Below, one piece after another: positions 55,105 to 64,000 of a stretch of 64,000 nucleotides of DNA. The translations under genes were made by a program, and so were the position numbers. The notes beneath the pieces are model-generated. The model was not told the origin of the DNA. It was given only the letters and a program-made list of their open reading frames with translations, and searched no databases. This stretch comes from Candidatus Woesearchaeota archaeon (GTDB taxonomy: Archaea > Nanobdellota > Nanobdellia > Woesearchaeales > SKIA01). The stretch is taken from the NCBI GenBank assembly GCA_046704725.1, contig JBJKRI010000002.1:1-64000 (forward strand), read 5' to 3'. The first letter of the stretch is position 1, and every line of letters begins with the position of its first letter.

Positions 55105-57148
55105 CCAGGAGCTCGGGGAGGCGCAGGAGGTATCGAGCAAGGAGTACGTGGAGTTCAAGCGCGACAACGTGCCGATCCATCACTCCTTGTACGAGCGTGC
55201 CTGCCGATTCGCCGGCAAGACCCTGCCGATATCCGGCGGCAAGCGCGAGAAGGATATCGCGGCGTACCTTGCCGCGGCGCACGTGGATTGCAGGCCGGGC
55301 GACACCGTCTCGCTCGCGCTGCTCGCGCCTATCGTCGTGGTGTTCTTGAGCATCGTCCTCACCGTCTTCGTCCCGTACTCCCTTGGCGGCAGCCTGTCGT
55401 CGTACTGGTTGTTGTTCTCTCTCATCCTCGGCGTGATGGCCTACATTCCCCTCAAGAACATGCCGCAGTTCCTGGCCATGCGCTGGCGCCAGCAGGCCTC
55501 GAACCAGATGGTCATCGCGGTCTTCTACATCGTCACGTTCATGCGTCACACCCCGAACCTCGAGCTCGCGCTCGAGTTCGCCGCCGACCACATCGGCGCT
55601 CCCCTCGCATTGGACCTCAAGAAGGTGCTCTGGGACGTCGAGACCGAGCGTTTCCAGTCCGTGACCGAGAGCCTCGAGGATTATCTCGTGCAGTGGCGCG
55701 ACGACGCGCGCGAATTCATCGAGGCATTGCACCTCGTGCAGTCCTCCTTGTACGAGACCTCGAACGACCGCCGCCTCTCCAGCCTGGACAAGTCTCTGGA
55801 CGTCATGCTCGAGGAGACCTATGAGAAGATGCTGCACTACGCCCAGGACCTGAAGGGGCCCATGACCATGCTGCACATGCTCGGCATCGTGCTGCCCATC
55901 CTCGGCTTGGTCATCCTGCCGCTCGCCGTCTCCTTCTTCGAGACGAGCTGGACGATCATCTTCAGCTTCTACAACATCATCCTGCCCTTCGCGGTCTACT
56001 ACCTTGGAAGGCGCATCCTCGCCACGCGCCCGACGGGCTACGGCCAGTCGGACATCGCCGCCGCGCAGCTCAATACCGCGAAGAAGAAGTTCGCGTCCCC
56101 CGCCTTCAAGGCCTTCGCCCTCGCGGCCGTGCTGTTATTCATCGGCGTCTCGCCCCTCATCATCCACGCCGCTTCTCCCACCTTCGACGCGCACATCGGC
56201 AACTTCAAGCTCCTCGGCTACCAGAACGAGAACGGCGTCTTGAAAGGGCCTTTCGGCCTCGGCGCCGGCTTGCTGTCCCTGCTCGTCACGCTCGCCGCCG
56301 GTCTGGGCCTGGGCATGTTCTACCGCTCGCGCGCCAAGGACCTCATCAAGCGGCGGGACGAGACGCGTCGGCTCGAGAGCGAGTTCGCTTCGGCATTGTT
56401 CCAGCTCGGCAACCGTATCGGCGACGGATCGCCTTCGGAGATCGCCTTCTCGAAGGTGGCGGCGGTCATGGAGGGGACCACCGCGGGCCGCTTCTTCGCG
56501 CTCGCCTCGAACAACATCACCTCGCTCGGCATGGGCGTGAAGGACGCCTTGTTCGACCCGCACCGCGGCGCGGTCACGCAGTTCCCCTCCGCCCTCATCG
56601 AGTCGAGCATGAAGGTGCTCGTCGAGTCGAGCAAGAAAGGCCCCGTCGAAGCCTCGAAGGCGTTGATGAGCATGTCCAATTACATCAAGGAGATGCACCG
56701 CGTGGACGAGCGGCTCAAGGACCTCTTGTCCGACGTGCTCTCGAGCATGAAGAGCCAGATCAACTTCCTGCTCCCGACCATCGCGGGCATCGTCATCGGC
56801 ATCACGAGCATGATCACCACCGTGCTCGGCGCGATCCACACCCAGGAGCAGCAGCTCGGCAGCACGGGCGGGGCCGGTTCCTCTTCCCTGGGTATCGGCT
56901 CGAACCTCTTCCATCTCGGTGTGCCCACGTATTTCTTCCAGATCGTCGTTGGCTTGTACGTCGTGCAGGTCACGTGGATACTCGCGTACCTCATCAACGG
57001 TGTGGAGAATGGCATCGACCCCTTGTCAGAGGATTGGACCCGCGGCAAGTCTTTGCTGTACGCGACCATCCTCTACACGGTCATCGCGCTCGTCATCATC
57101 CTCATCTTCAACGTGATCGCCGGCCAGATCATGTCGAGCCTCGGCTGA
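55028..57148 (+). CDS. TadB/TadC/FlaJ-like pilus platform membrane protein (start uncertain)
   Basis: Two T2SSF-like halves with TM bundles; directly after the ATPase gene. Confidence 0.82.
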   Translation: MSSPYGSKGRGSSLDNLKQEVEQRLNQELGEAQEVSSKEYVEFKRDNVPIHHSLYERACRFAGKTLPISGGKREKDIAAYLAAAHVDCRPGDTVSLALLAPIVVVFLSIVLTVFVPYSLGGSLSSYWLLFSLILGVMAYIPLKNMPQFLAMRWRQQASNQMVIAVFYIVTFMRHTPNLELALEFAADHIGAPLALDLKKVLWDVETERFQSVTESLEDYLVQWRDDAREFIEALHLVQSSLYETSNDRRLSSLDKSLDVMLEETYEKMLHYAQDLKGPMTMLHMLGIVLPILGLVILPLAVSFFETSWTIIFSFYNIILPFAVYYLGRRILATRPTGYGQSDIAAAQLNTAKKKFASPAFKAFALAAVLLFIGVSPLIIHAASPTFDAHIGNFKLLGYQNENGVLKGPFGLGAGLLSLLVTLAAGLGLGMFYRSRAKDLIKRRDETRRLESEFASALFQLGNRIGDGSPSEIAFSKVAAVMEGTTAGRFFALASNNITSLGMGVKDALFDPHRGAVTQFPSALIESSMKVLVESSKKGPVEASKALMSMSNYIKEMHRVDERLKDLLSDVLSSMKSQINFLLPTIAGIVIGITSMITTVLGAIHTQEQQLGSTGGAGSSSLGIGSNLFHLGVPTYFFQIVVGLYVVQVTWILAYLINGVENGIDPLSEDWTRGKSLLYATILYTVIALVIILIFNVIAGQIMSSLG

Positions 57149-57195
57149 ACCCACGTTCCATGCTCCTTATATACAGGTGTTTACATAAGGTGTAC

Positions 57196-57285
57196 GTGGC
57201 TCGATGCGCGCGTTGCGGACGCCTCGATGACGAGGAAGCGATTCCCGGGGTGCCATACTTCTGCGAGGACTGCGCGGAGGACTAG
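57196..57285 (+). CDS. Zinc-finger micro-protein (29 aa) VARCARCGRLDDEEAIPGVPYFCEDCAED
   Basis: CxxCG...CxxC; ccttatata TATA and AAGGTG SD upstream. Confidence 0.55.
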   Translation: MARCARCGRLDDEEAIPGVPYFCEDCAED

Positions 57286-57737
57286 TCCCAGGCCTTGTTG
57301 AGCTTCCGCATCAGGATGAACGCTCCGAGATGGTAGGCGTTGTGCTGCGCCACGATGAACAGGCAACGCAGAACGGTGTGCTTCTCGCTGCTCGGCACTC
57401 TTTCCTCGAGGTCGGCTTGTTTCGCGATCTCGATGAGCTTCTCGCGGTCCCTCTTGAATGCCGCGATGGTCTGGTCCCAGGTGGCTTGGTCCGCTTCTCC
57501 CTCCGGCCAGTAGTCCGCGGGCCATGATCGCCCCTCGTAGTCTTTCTTCGTGATGTAGTCGAGCATGTCCTCTTGCGCCCTGCGCATGTGCTCGAGCAGT
57601 TGCCAGAACGTGTACTCCACGTTCGGCGCTCCCTCGTTGTACAATGCCGGTGGAAGGTCCTCGACGGCTTTGTCGAACGGCGCGTGCGCCCCCTTGCTCT
57701 CCAACATCCTGACGAGCTGTTCTCGGAGTTCTTCCAT
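57282..57737 (-). CDS. DinB-family protein
   Basis: GAHAPF, TFWQLLEHMR, AQHNAYHLG. Confidence 0.9.
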   Translation of the reverse strand: MEELREQLVRMLESKGAHAPFDKAVEDLPPALYNEGAPNVEYTFWQLLEHMRRAQEDMLDYITKKDYEGRSWPADYWPEGEADQATWDQTIAAFKRDREKLIEIAKQADLEERVPSSEKHTVLRCLFIVAQHNAYHLGAFILMRKLNKAWD

Positions 57738-57777
57738 GTGTACCGCATATGCTATGATGCCTTAAACCTTCTGGAGA

Positions 57778-57859
57778 ATGGGCTCGCCCGGATTGCTCGC
57801 ATCCGAAGGATGCGATGCCGCAAGGACCTCGGTCCGTAGCGCTTCGAATCCGAAGAGCG
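57778..57859 (-). repeat. Duplicated tRNA-Phe 3' end (17 bp) plus hairpin-rich insert
   Basis: atgggctcgcccggatt at 57778-57794 and 57860-57876; hairpins tcgcatcc-gaa-ggatgcga and ggacc-tc-ggtcc between them. Confidence 0.75.
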
Positions 57860-57860
57860 A

Positions 57861-57932
57861 TGGGCTCGCCCGGATTCGAACCGGGGACAACCCGATCTTC
57901 AGTCGAGTGCTCTCCCGCTGAGCTACGAGCCC
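57861..57932 (-). tRNA. tRNA-Phe(GAA), CCA not encoded
   Basis: GGGCTCG acceptor, TAGCTCAG D-arm, CTCGA-CTGAAGA-TCGGG anticodon arm, GGTTCGAATCC T-arm. Confidence 0.96.
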
Positions 57933-58020
57933 GTACGCCTGCGGAACAGGCTGCGCCTTTAAAAGGTGTTCGTCTGCGCAAATCCGAAAAGCATTCAAAT
58001 GCCCGCTTGTCGCCAACCAT

Positions 58021-58842
58021 GTGGACTTCAAGCCGCTGGACCGGTACATCGACAAGCATCAGTTCGATCCCGAGCTGGAGATCGCGTACGGCAGGCGCGA
58101 AAAGGACGATCGGATCGTCGAGAAGTTGGCGGCCCCGCACCTGCCCCTTGCTATTAGTTTCGCCCATAGCTATTCGCGCCGCGGTTATCACGATCTCGAA
58201 CAGGATCTTGAACAGGTGGCGATGATGGCGTTGTACGAGGCTGCGTGGAAGTATGACGGAAGGGGAAAGTTCACCTCATATGCCATGTGGTTCGTGCGAA
58301 AGAACATCTTCAACTGCATCAATGACGCAGGCCGGACCGTGCGGGTTCCGCGTAACGTCTATTCAATCCTACGCAAGAGTAGACGCCTTTTCGACGCAGA
58401 GATCGCGAAGGGTAAGAATCGGTCTGAAGCGCGCGCCGTGATCGCCGGCAGAATCAAGAACGAAGCCATCGTGGAGATGGTCGTTTCGGGAACGGGCATT
58501 CAGAGTCTTGACGCGCTTGCCTACTCGGATGGCACGCAGACGCGTCTTGATAACCTCGCGGATTCGGGGCCCGGTCCTGTCAGACGGTTATTCCGCGGCA
58601 TCAGGAATGAGGATCTCGCAATCGCGCTCCAGCGGGTCGAGGAGAGGGGAGAGCCTCATTCTCGCTACATCCGGGTCATACGCAAGTACTACAATCTTGA
58701 TGGTGATGGCGACTTCACGCTTAAACGAATCGGGAGCATGCTTGGCCTGACTGAGGACCGCGTGCGGCAGCTGCGCAACAAGGGGCTGCGGGCATTGCGG
58801 CCGATTCTCGAAGAGATGGGCTATGACCGTGCGGCGGCCTGA
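58021..58842 (+). CDS. Bacterial-type sigma-70 family protein (regions 2-4)
   Basis: DLEQVAMMALYEAAWKYD...KFTSYAMWFVRKNI...RTVRVP; region 4 FTLKRIGSMLGLTEDRVRQLRNKGLRALR. Confidence 0.88.
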   Translation: MDFKPLDRYIDKHQFDPELEIAYGRREKDDRIVEKLAAPHLPLAISFAHSYSRRGYHDLEQDLEQVAMMALYEAAWKYDGRGKFTSYAMWFVRKNIFNCINDAGRTVRVPRNVYSILRKSRRLFDAEIAKGKNRSEARAVIAGRIKNEAIVEMVVSGTGIQSLDALAYSDGTQTRLDNLADSGPGPVRRLFRGIRNEDLAIALQRVEERGEPHSRYIRVIRKYYNLDGDGDFTLKRIGSMLGLTEDRVRQLRNKGLRALRPILEEMGYDRAAA

Positions 58843-59178
58843 CTACTCTTCGTCGTCTTCGCTCTTCTCTTCGGCTTCGGGCTCTTCGGAGCCGTCCGCC
58901 TTCTCGAGCGAGCCGTAGCGTCCAGCGGTCAGTTGCTTGTCGCCTTGCCACTCGTTCACGTAGCCGTTGACGACCTTGACCACGTCGCCGACCTTGAAGC
59001 GGTCCACGTCCTCGTTCCATAAGGTGAGGATGATCTTTCCCGAATCGTCCTCGAGCACGCTGTTGGCGACCTTGCCTGGCCGGCCGAATTTCTGGAATTC
59101 CCTCGCGGGAGATATCTCGAGGATCTTGCCCTCGACGTTCACGTTACCTTGTTTGGGCTGCAATTCACTGATTTTCAC
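58843..59178 (-). CDS. ssb: Single OB-fold ssDNA-binding protein (archaeal SSB/RPA-like) with acidic tail
   Basis: KISEL...NVNVEGKI...GKVANSVLEDDSGKIILTLWNE...NGYVNEWQG. Confidence 0.9.
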   Translation of the reverse strand: MKISELQPKQGNVNVEGKILEISPAREFQKFGRPGKVANSVLEDDSGKIILTLWNEDVDRFKVGDVVKVVNGYVNEWQGDKQLTAGRYGSLEKADGSEEPEAEEKSEDDEE

Positions 59179-59445
59179 TGCCGATCACCTGTCGGGGCGA
59201 GAGTCATGCCATATATAAGTGTTCTCGCAGGGACTTTTTCGGTCTTTCCAACTATTCGGTCCGTATCATACAAGAAAGTGTATGGCGCAAGCCCATGCGC
59301 AAACGAGCCCCTGTATACTTCGACAATCCTTTGAAGCGGCCGTATTCTGACTGTCCGTACAGTAGGTTTATAAGCGAATATGACTTCCCGGCCCAAACGG
59401 TGTGACCACTCGCCGGTTGCGTGGGTTGCATTGGGGGAATGGTTC

Positions 59446-62400
59446 ATGGGGAACAATAGTCATACAACACACACACGTCTCGCTCTCACCGCTCTTCTCA
59501 TCCTCGCTTCGCTGGGCTTCGCGCTCGGCGCCGCCGGACAGGCATCGGCCGCCGTCTTCGTGCCGCTGCCGTTGCAGGTCGGCCCTGGACAGCAGTACCA
59601 CAGCATCCAGGCCGCCATCGACAACGCCTCGAACGGAGATACCATCGATGTCGCCCCCGGCATCTATAATGAAACCCTGACCCTCGACAAGAACCTCACC
59701 CTCCTCGGCAACCAGAACGGTATCCCCGCCTGCGGTCGCATCGCCACAGAGACCATCATCAACGCTTCCAGCGGCAACCTCCTCACCCTCCAGGGAGGCA
59801 GCGCAGGCTCGGTCATCGACGGCTTCACCTTCATGGGCGGCAACAAACAACTCCAATCAACGAGCGGCCCCATCGACGACGTCCAGATCCTCAACAACCG
59901 CTTCGTCGGTTTCACCGGATCCGCGATCTTCCTCAATGACCAGGGCAAGGATATCACCATCCATCAGAACTCCATTGACGGTTCTTCGACCACCGGGTCG
60001 GGCGGGATGCTCCACCTCGATACCGATAGTTTCTCCGGGATGCAGATCACGAACAATTGCCTGTTCAACGCCTCGGGCCGGACAGGATTGTTCGTGGACG
60101 GCAGCAACAATGTCGATCCGAGCGCCGACCGGAACCCGCTCATCGCCAACAACCTGTTCGACGGTCTGGACACCGGGGCGAACCTCGGACACAACGCTTT
60201 CACCGGTGGCGACATCACGAACAACACCTTCAGCAACAACGAGTATGACGGCCTGCAGGGCGGCATACAGCACACGACCATCTCGTTCAACAAGTTCCAC
60301 GACAACGGACGCTTCGGAATCGATCTGACGAGCTTCGGCAGCACCAACGTGAATCGTGGCGCGCAGTACGCGAACGTCGTGGAGAACGACTTCTCCGGCA
60401 ATGGCTTCTCACACGACGGCGCAGGTATTATACTGAGCAACGGCCAGGCATCAGGCACCATCGCCACGAATGTCGTGCACGAGAACAACATCACCGGCAA
60501 CAGGCAAGGAGCGATCTATACCGGCTCCGAGAGCGTCGACCTCATCCATAACTGGTGGGGAGACGCCACCGGCCCGTCCGGCGACGGACCTGGCACCGGA
60601 GACGCTGTCAGCGGTTCGAACATCGAGTATGACCCGTGGCTGTGCAGTCCTGCGTTCACCTCGAACATCAGCATCAACGGAACCTGCGCGCAGCCCCAAC
60701 CCTCGTGCACCGAAGTCCCGAAGGAATGCAGCGAGCGCACCTATCCGCTTAATGCGCTTGCCGGCGTCCACCATGGGGACCACGTCCAGGAGGACCGCTC
60801 CAACGATCCTAGCACCGGAAACAACCCGTACGACTTCTGCGGGCCGATGACCTTCACGATCCCCTCGACCATCCACACCACCAACGGCCTGAGCCCGGAT
60901 CAGTGGATCACGCTCCAGTTCAGCAACTCGACCGACAACGTCACCTGCGTCTACCACGACTCGAGCTCGCACCACGACCACGGGAGCAGCCAGCACTGGG
61001 ACCTCGTCGGGTGCTACGCGGACTACAACGGTGCGACGCCGCCTGACCAGAGTTCCATCTATAAGGGAGGCGACAGCATCTCCGCCACGCATGTCCAGCT
61101 CAACATCACCGGCCAGAAACCTGAGGGCAGGGCGAACGCCCACGTGAACCTCAAGTCCGTCTGCGGTGATCCGACGCCCTCCTGCCAGCAGCCTGTCACG
61201 TGCGAGCAGGCGGTCCAGCAGGGCCTTCTCTGGGCGGACATGAACAGCGACGGCAGCGCGGTCATCCACAACAATGCGAACACGACCTTCGAGGTCGGCA
61301 TCGCGTCCTATAATATGTACAACAGCCTCAACGACCTCGGCGGCTGGGGGCTCGACACGCAGACCCTCTATGATTACATGCTCGCGAACGTGAGCAAGCA
61401 GAGCACATCGGAGCTCAACGTGGAGATCCCTGAGTGCAAGGCACAAGTGGACGTCTTCTGCTTCAACACCACCGAGAACAGCCCCATCACGCACTTCAAC
61501 CAAGAGAACGGCACGTGGTACCATGGCGTGGGCAACTTCATCAACTCCACCTTCGTGGGCGAGAGCTACTGCACGAACCAGACGACTCCGTCGTGCCAGC
61601 AGAATACCACGACGACTATCATCGTGAGCGATAACCAGGCCATGGTGAACGGCACCAACGCCGTCCCGACATGGGTCTCGACCGAGTATTGGTCGGCCGT
61701 GATCCCGAACGCGACGTGGATCTGGAGCTCGTACTACGTGCAGGACCCGCGCAACGGCGCGGTCAAGAACTTCACCCGTACTTTCACACTGCCCGGCAAC
61801 GTGACGGACGCGAACCTCATGATCGCGGTGGACGACTACTATCGCGTCTGGTTGAACGGCAATCTCATCGTCACGAACAACGATCCCAACAACTTCAGAT
61901 CCAGCGGGCAGGACTATCTCGACAACTTCTCGTCCTACCTGCATCCGGGAAGCAACACGGTGGTGTTCGAGGTCACGAACATGGCGGCGAATACCGACAG
62001 CCCGACGGACAATCCTGCTGGACTGCTCTATCGCCTGAACATCACGACCGACACCTGCGGTGGCGGCAACGGACGTTCCTACTGCGGCGACGGTATCATC
62101 AACCAGGAGACCGAGCAGTGCGACGGCAGCGCCCCGGCGGGCTACACCTGCACGAACGAGTGCACGCTCGAGAGAAAGCCGTTGTTCACCTGCAACGGCG
62201 ACATCGCCTACCTGGACACCGCTGCCTCCAATCAGAGCGTCCTGTATTCCGTGAACACGACGACCGGTATCGGCACGCTCAGCCATGTCTTCCCTGAGGC
62301 GATGCGCAGCGTCGTCGCGGCGGACCACAACGGCACGCTCTACAGCATGCTGCCCAACGGCAGCAACACTGGCGATCTGATTATCCTGCGCGCGGACGGC

Positions 62401-64000
62401 ACGATCGAGCACGTCGGCCCGACCGGTCTTTCAGGCAACACCGTCGCTATGGAGTTCGCTCCCAACGGAACGCTCTATGCGATGAACGAGAACACGAACC
62501 ACCTGTACGAGATCAATACCGACACAGGCCATGCCACCTATCTGCATACGTTCATGCCCGACTCGCTCGGAGTGAGCGGTGGTGACCTTGCGGTCATGCC
62601 CAACGGCACACTCATCTACCTGCGCGCGGACGGCAACGTCTACGGCATCGACCTCAACAACAACTACACCACGACGCTGCTGGGCACGCTCGGCGGGAGC
62701 AGCTTCACGAGCCTCGGCTACGTGAACGAAACGTTCTACGGCCTCAGCCGCACCAATGACGGCCTGTACCGCTTCACGCTCGACCCGTTCAACGGATCGC
62801 TCGTGGCGAGCAACGTCGGACCGTTCGACTTCGGTGATGCGACCACATGCCCCGCGCCCGTACAGCAGCCGACCGACCCGGTCAAGCCCATCCTCGAGTG
62901 CGTGAACGCGTACGGCGAGGGTAACTACACCGCGTACTTCGGTTATCTCAACCAGAACAGCGTGAACATCACCATCCCGATCGGCAATGAGAACAAGATC
63001 ACCGGCGGCGGCCTGTCCGGTCAGGACCAGGGCCAGCCCACGGTCTTTACGCCCGGGCGCACGCCGTACTATCCGAACGCGTCGTTCAGCGTGAACTTCG
63101 ACGGCACGAACATGGTCTGGACCCTCAAGGGTCCTGACGGCTCCACGCGCACATCCACCGCGAGCGCGAACAGCAAGGCCTGCACGCCCATCTGCGGCGA
63201 CGGTATCGTCGAGGCTGGAGAGCAGTGCGACGGCAGCGCCCCGAAGGGCTTTGTCTGCACGCCTGACTGCCAGCTCAAGGTCGACACCCAGTCCGTCTGC
63301 GACCCGAACATCCAGCTCGTGAGCAACGGCGGCTTCGAGACGCCGGCTCTCGCTTCCGGAGAGTGGGATATCTTCCCGAACGGGACGGCCGGGCTCGACT
63401 GGAACGTCGCGTGGGCCACCAATATCACGAGCTTCGGCGGTCACACGCGCCCCACCCTGGCGAACATGGAGATCCACAACAATGTCGCTGGACAGGGTGT
63501 GAACAACACGCAGTACACCGAGCTCGACAGCGACTGGTTCGGTCATAACCTGAGCCTGACGGGCAACCCTGCATCCGTGAAGATCTGGGAGGACCTCAAG
63601 ACGATGCCGAACGCGACCTACAACATCAGCTTCGCGTTCAGCCCGCGCCCGGGCACGGACGCCGCGAACAACGACCTCCTCTTCTACTGGAACGGCCATC
63701 TGGTCGACACGATCAGCGCGGACGGCTCGTCCCTGAAGACCACGGACTGGAAGTTCTACAACTACTCGCTTGTCGCGACGAGCAACGTAACGCCGATCAT
63801 GTTCGTTGACAACGGCACGCCCGACGGTCTCGGAACGTACCTCGACGCGGTGAGCACCACCTGCAGCACGCCAGCGCCAATCTGCGGCAACGGCATCATC
63901 GAGCGCGGAGAGACCTGCGATGACGGCAACAACGTCAGCGGAGACGGCTGCTCCTCGACCTGTCAGATCGAGAACGCCTGCCTGGTCCACGGCCAGACGA
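59446..64000 (+). CDS. Giant secreted surface/adhesin-like protein (beta-helix, beta-propeller, DUF642-like domain, DUF4215/myxococcal Cys-rich repeats); runs off the window end
   Basis: Frame-1 ORF with signal peptide, SIQAAIDNA..GDTIDVAPGIYNE, and CGDGI..E.CDG repeats near 62080, 63190 and 63880; no stop seen, so it is absent from the ORF track. Confidence 0.88.
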   Translation, partial: MGNNSHTTHTRLALTALLILASLGFALGAAGQASAAVFVPLPLQVGPGQQYHSIQAAIDNASNGDTIDVAPGIYNETLTLDKNLTLLGNQNGIPACGRIATETIINASSGNLLTLQGGSAGSVIDGFTFMGGNKQLQSTSGPIDDVQILNNRFVGFTGSAIFLNDQGKDITIHQNSIDGSSTTGSGGMLHLDTDSFSGMQITNNCLFNASGRTGLFVDGSNNVDPSADRNPLIANNLFDGLDTGANLGHNAFTGGDITNNTFSNNEYDGLQGGIQHTTISFNKFHDNGRFGIDLTSFGSTNVNRGAQYANVVENDFSGNGFSHDGAGIILSNGQASGTIATNVVHENNITGNRQGAIYTGSESVDLIHNWWGDATGPSGDGPGTGDAVSGSNIEYDPWLCSPAFTSNISINGTCAQPQPSCTEVPKECSERTYPLNALAGVHHGDHVQEDRSNDPSTGNNPYDFCGPMTFTIPSTIHTTNGLSPDQWITLQFSNSTDNVTCVYHDSSSHHDHGSSQHWDLVGCYADYNGATPPDQSSIYKGGDSISATHVQLNITGQKPEGRANAHVNLKSVCGDPTPSCQQPVTCEQAVQQGLLWADMNSDGSAVIHNNANTTFEVGIASYNMYNSLNDLGGWGLDTQTLYDYMLANVSKQSTSELNVEIPECKAQVDVFCFNTTENSPITHFNQENGTWYHGVGNFINSTFVGESYCTNQTTPSCQQNTTTTIIVSDNQAMVNGTNAVPTWVSTEYWSAVIPNATWIWSSYYVQDPRNGAVKNFTRTFTLPGNVTDANLMIAVDDYYRVWLNGNLIVTNNDPNNFRSSGQDYLDNFSSYLHPGSNTVVFEVTNMAANTDSPTDNPAGLLYRLNITTDTCGGGNGRSYCGDGIINQETEQCDGSAPAGYTCTNECTLERKPLFTCNGDIAYLDTAASNQSVLYSVNTTTGIGTLSHVFPEAMRSVVAADHNGTLYSMLPNGSNTGDLIILRADGTIEHVGPTGLSGNTVAMEFAPNGTLYAMNENTNHLYEINTDTGHATYLHTFMPDSLGVSGGDLAVMPNGTLIYLRADGNVYGIDLNNNYTTTLLGTLGGSSFTSLGYVNETFYGLSRTNDGLYRFTLDPFNGSLVASNVGPFDFGDATTCPAPVQQPTDPVKPILECVNAYGEGNYTAYFGYLNQNSVNITIPIGNENKITGGGLSGQDQGQPTVFTPGRTPYYPNASFSVNFDGTNMVWTLKGPDGSTRTSTASANSKACTPICGDGIVEAGEQCDGSAPKGFVCTPDCQLKVDTQSVCDPNIQLVSNGGFETPALASGEWDIFPNGTAGLDWNVAWATNITSFGGHTRPTLANMEIHNNVAGQGVNNTQYTELDSDWFGHNLSLTGNPASVKIWEDLKTMPNATYNISFAFSPRPGTDAANNDLLFYWNGHLVDTISADGSSLKTTDWKFYNYSLVATSNVTPIMFVDNGTPDGLGTYLDAVSTTCSTPAPICGNGIIERGETCDDGNNVSGDGCSSTCQIENACLVHGQT

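Noticed and set aside
60451-63990. Long minus-strand ORFs (653 aa, 519 aa) and similar long shadow ORFs elsewhere
   Set aside because: They are antisense shadows of high-GC coding genes and carry no motifs of their own.

Overview
High-GC archaeal chromosomal segment, most consistent with a DPANN/Woesearchaeota-like organism. This is an inference from leaderless genes with TATA boxes about 25 nt upstream, archaeal Mre11, SSB, translin and MCM-like genes, and DUF5652/DUF5654 proteins. The left part encodes PDH E2/E3, Pta, an N-terminally truncated MCM-like ATPase, Mre11, a sugar nucleotidyltransferase and a frameshifted dockerin protein. The centre (about 18.8-38.1 kb) is a defence and toxin-antitoxin hotspot. 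It holds about ten TA modules, a lower-GC operon (PLD-helicase, small protein, CxC DndD-like SMC ATPase, DndE-like-Schlafen fusion) and a Vsr + C5-methylase + Sau3AI/MutH-like R-M set. The cysS gene is split into two separately promoted halves with novel junction extensions. Each half is followed by the same ~52-bp repeat and a RelE-type TA pair. Three distinct non-coding repeat families punctuate the TA cassettes, suggesting a recombination-driven cassette system, although no recombinase gene lies in the window. The right part encodes large surface proteins, trehalase, a Cas4/RecB-like nuclease, a type IV pilus-like ATPase and platform protein, tRNA-Phe with a structured 3'-end duplicate, a bacterial-type sigma-70 homolog and SSB. 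Three unannotated acidic micro-proteins share a D-x-I-x3-E-x-[AG]-F-x-R-G-[YF] motif. No CRISPR array or rRNA was seen. All assignments come from motif recognition by eye; no searches were run.
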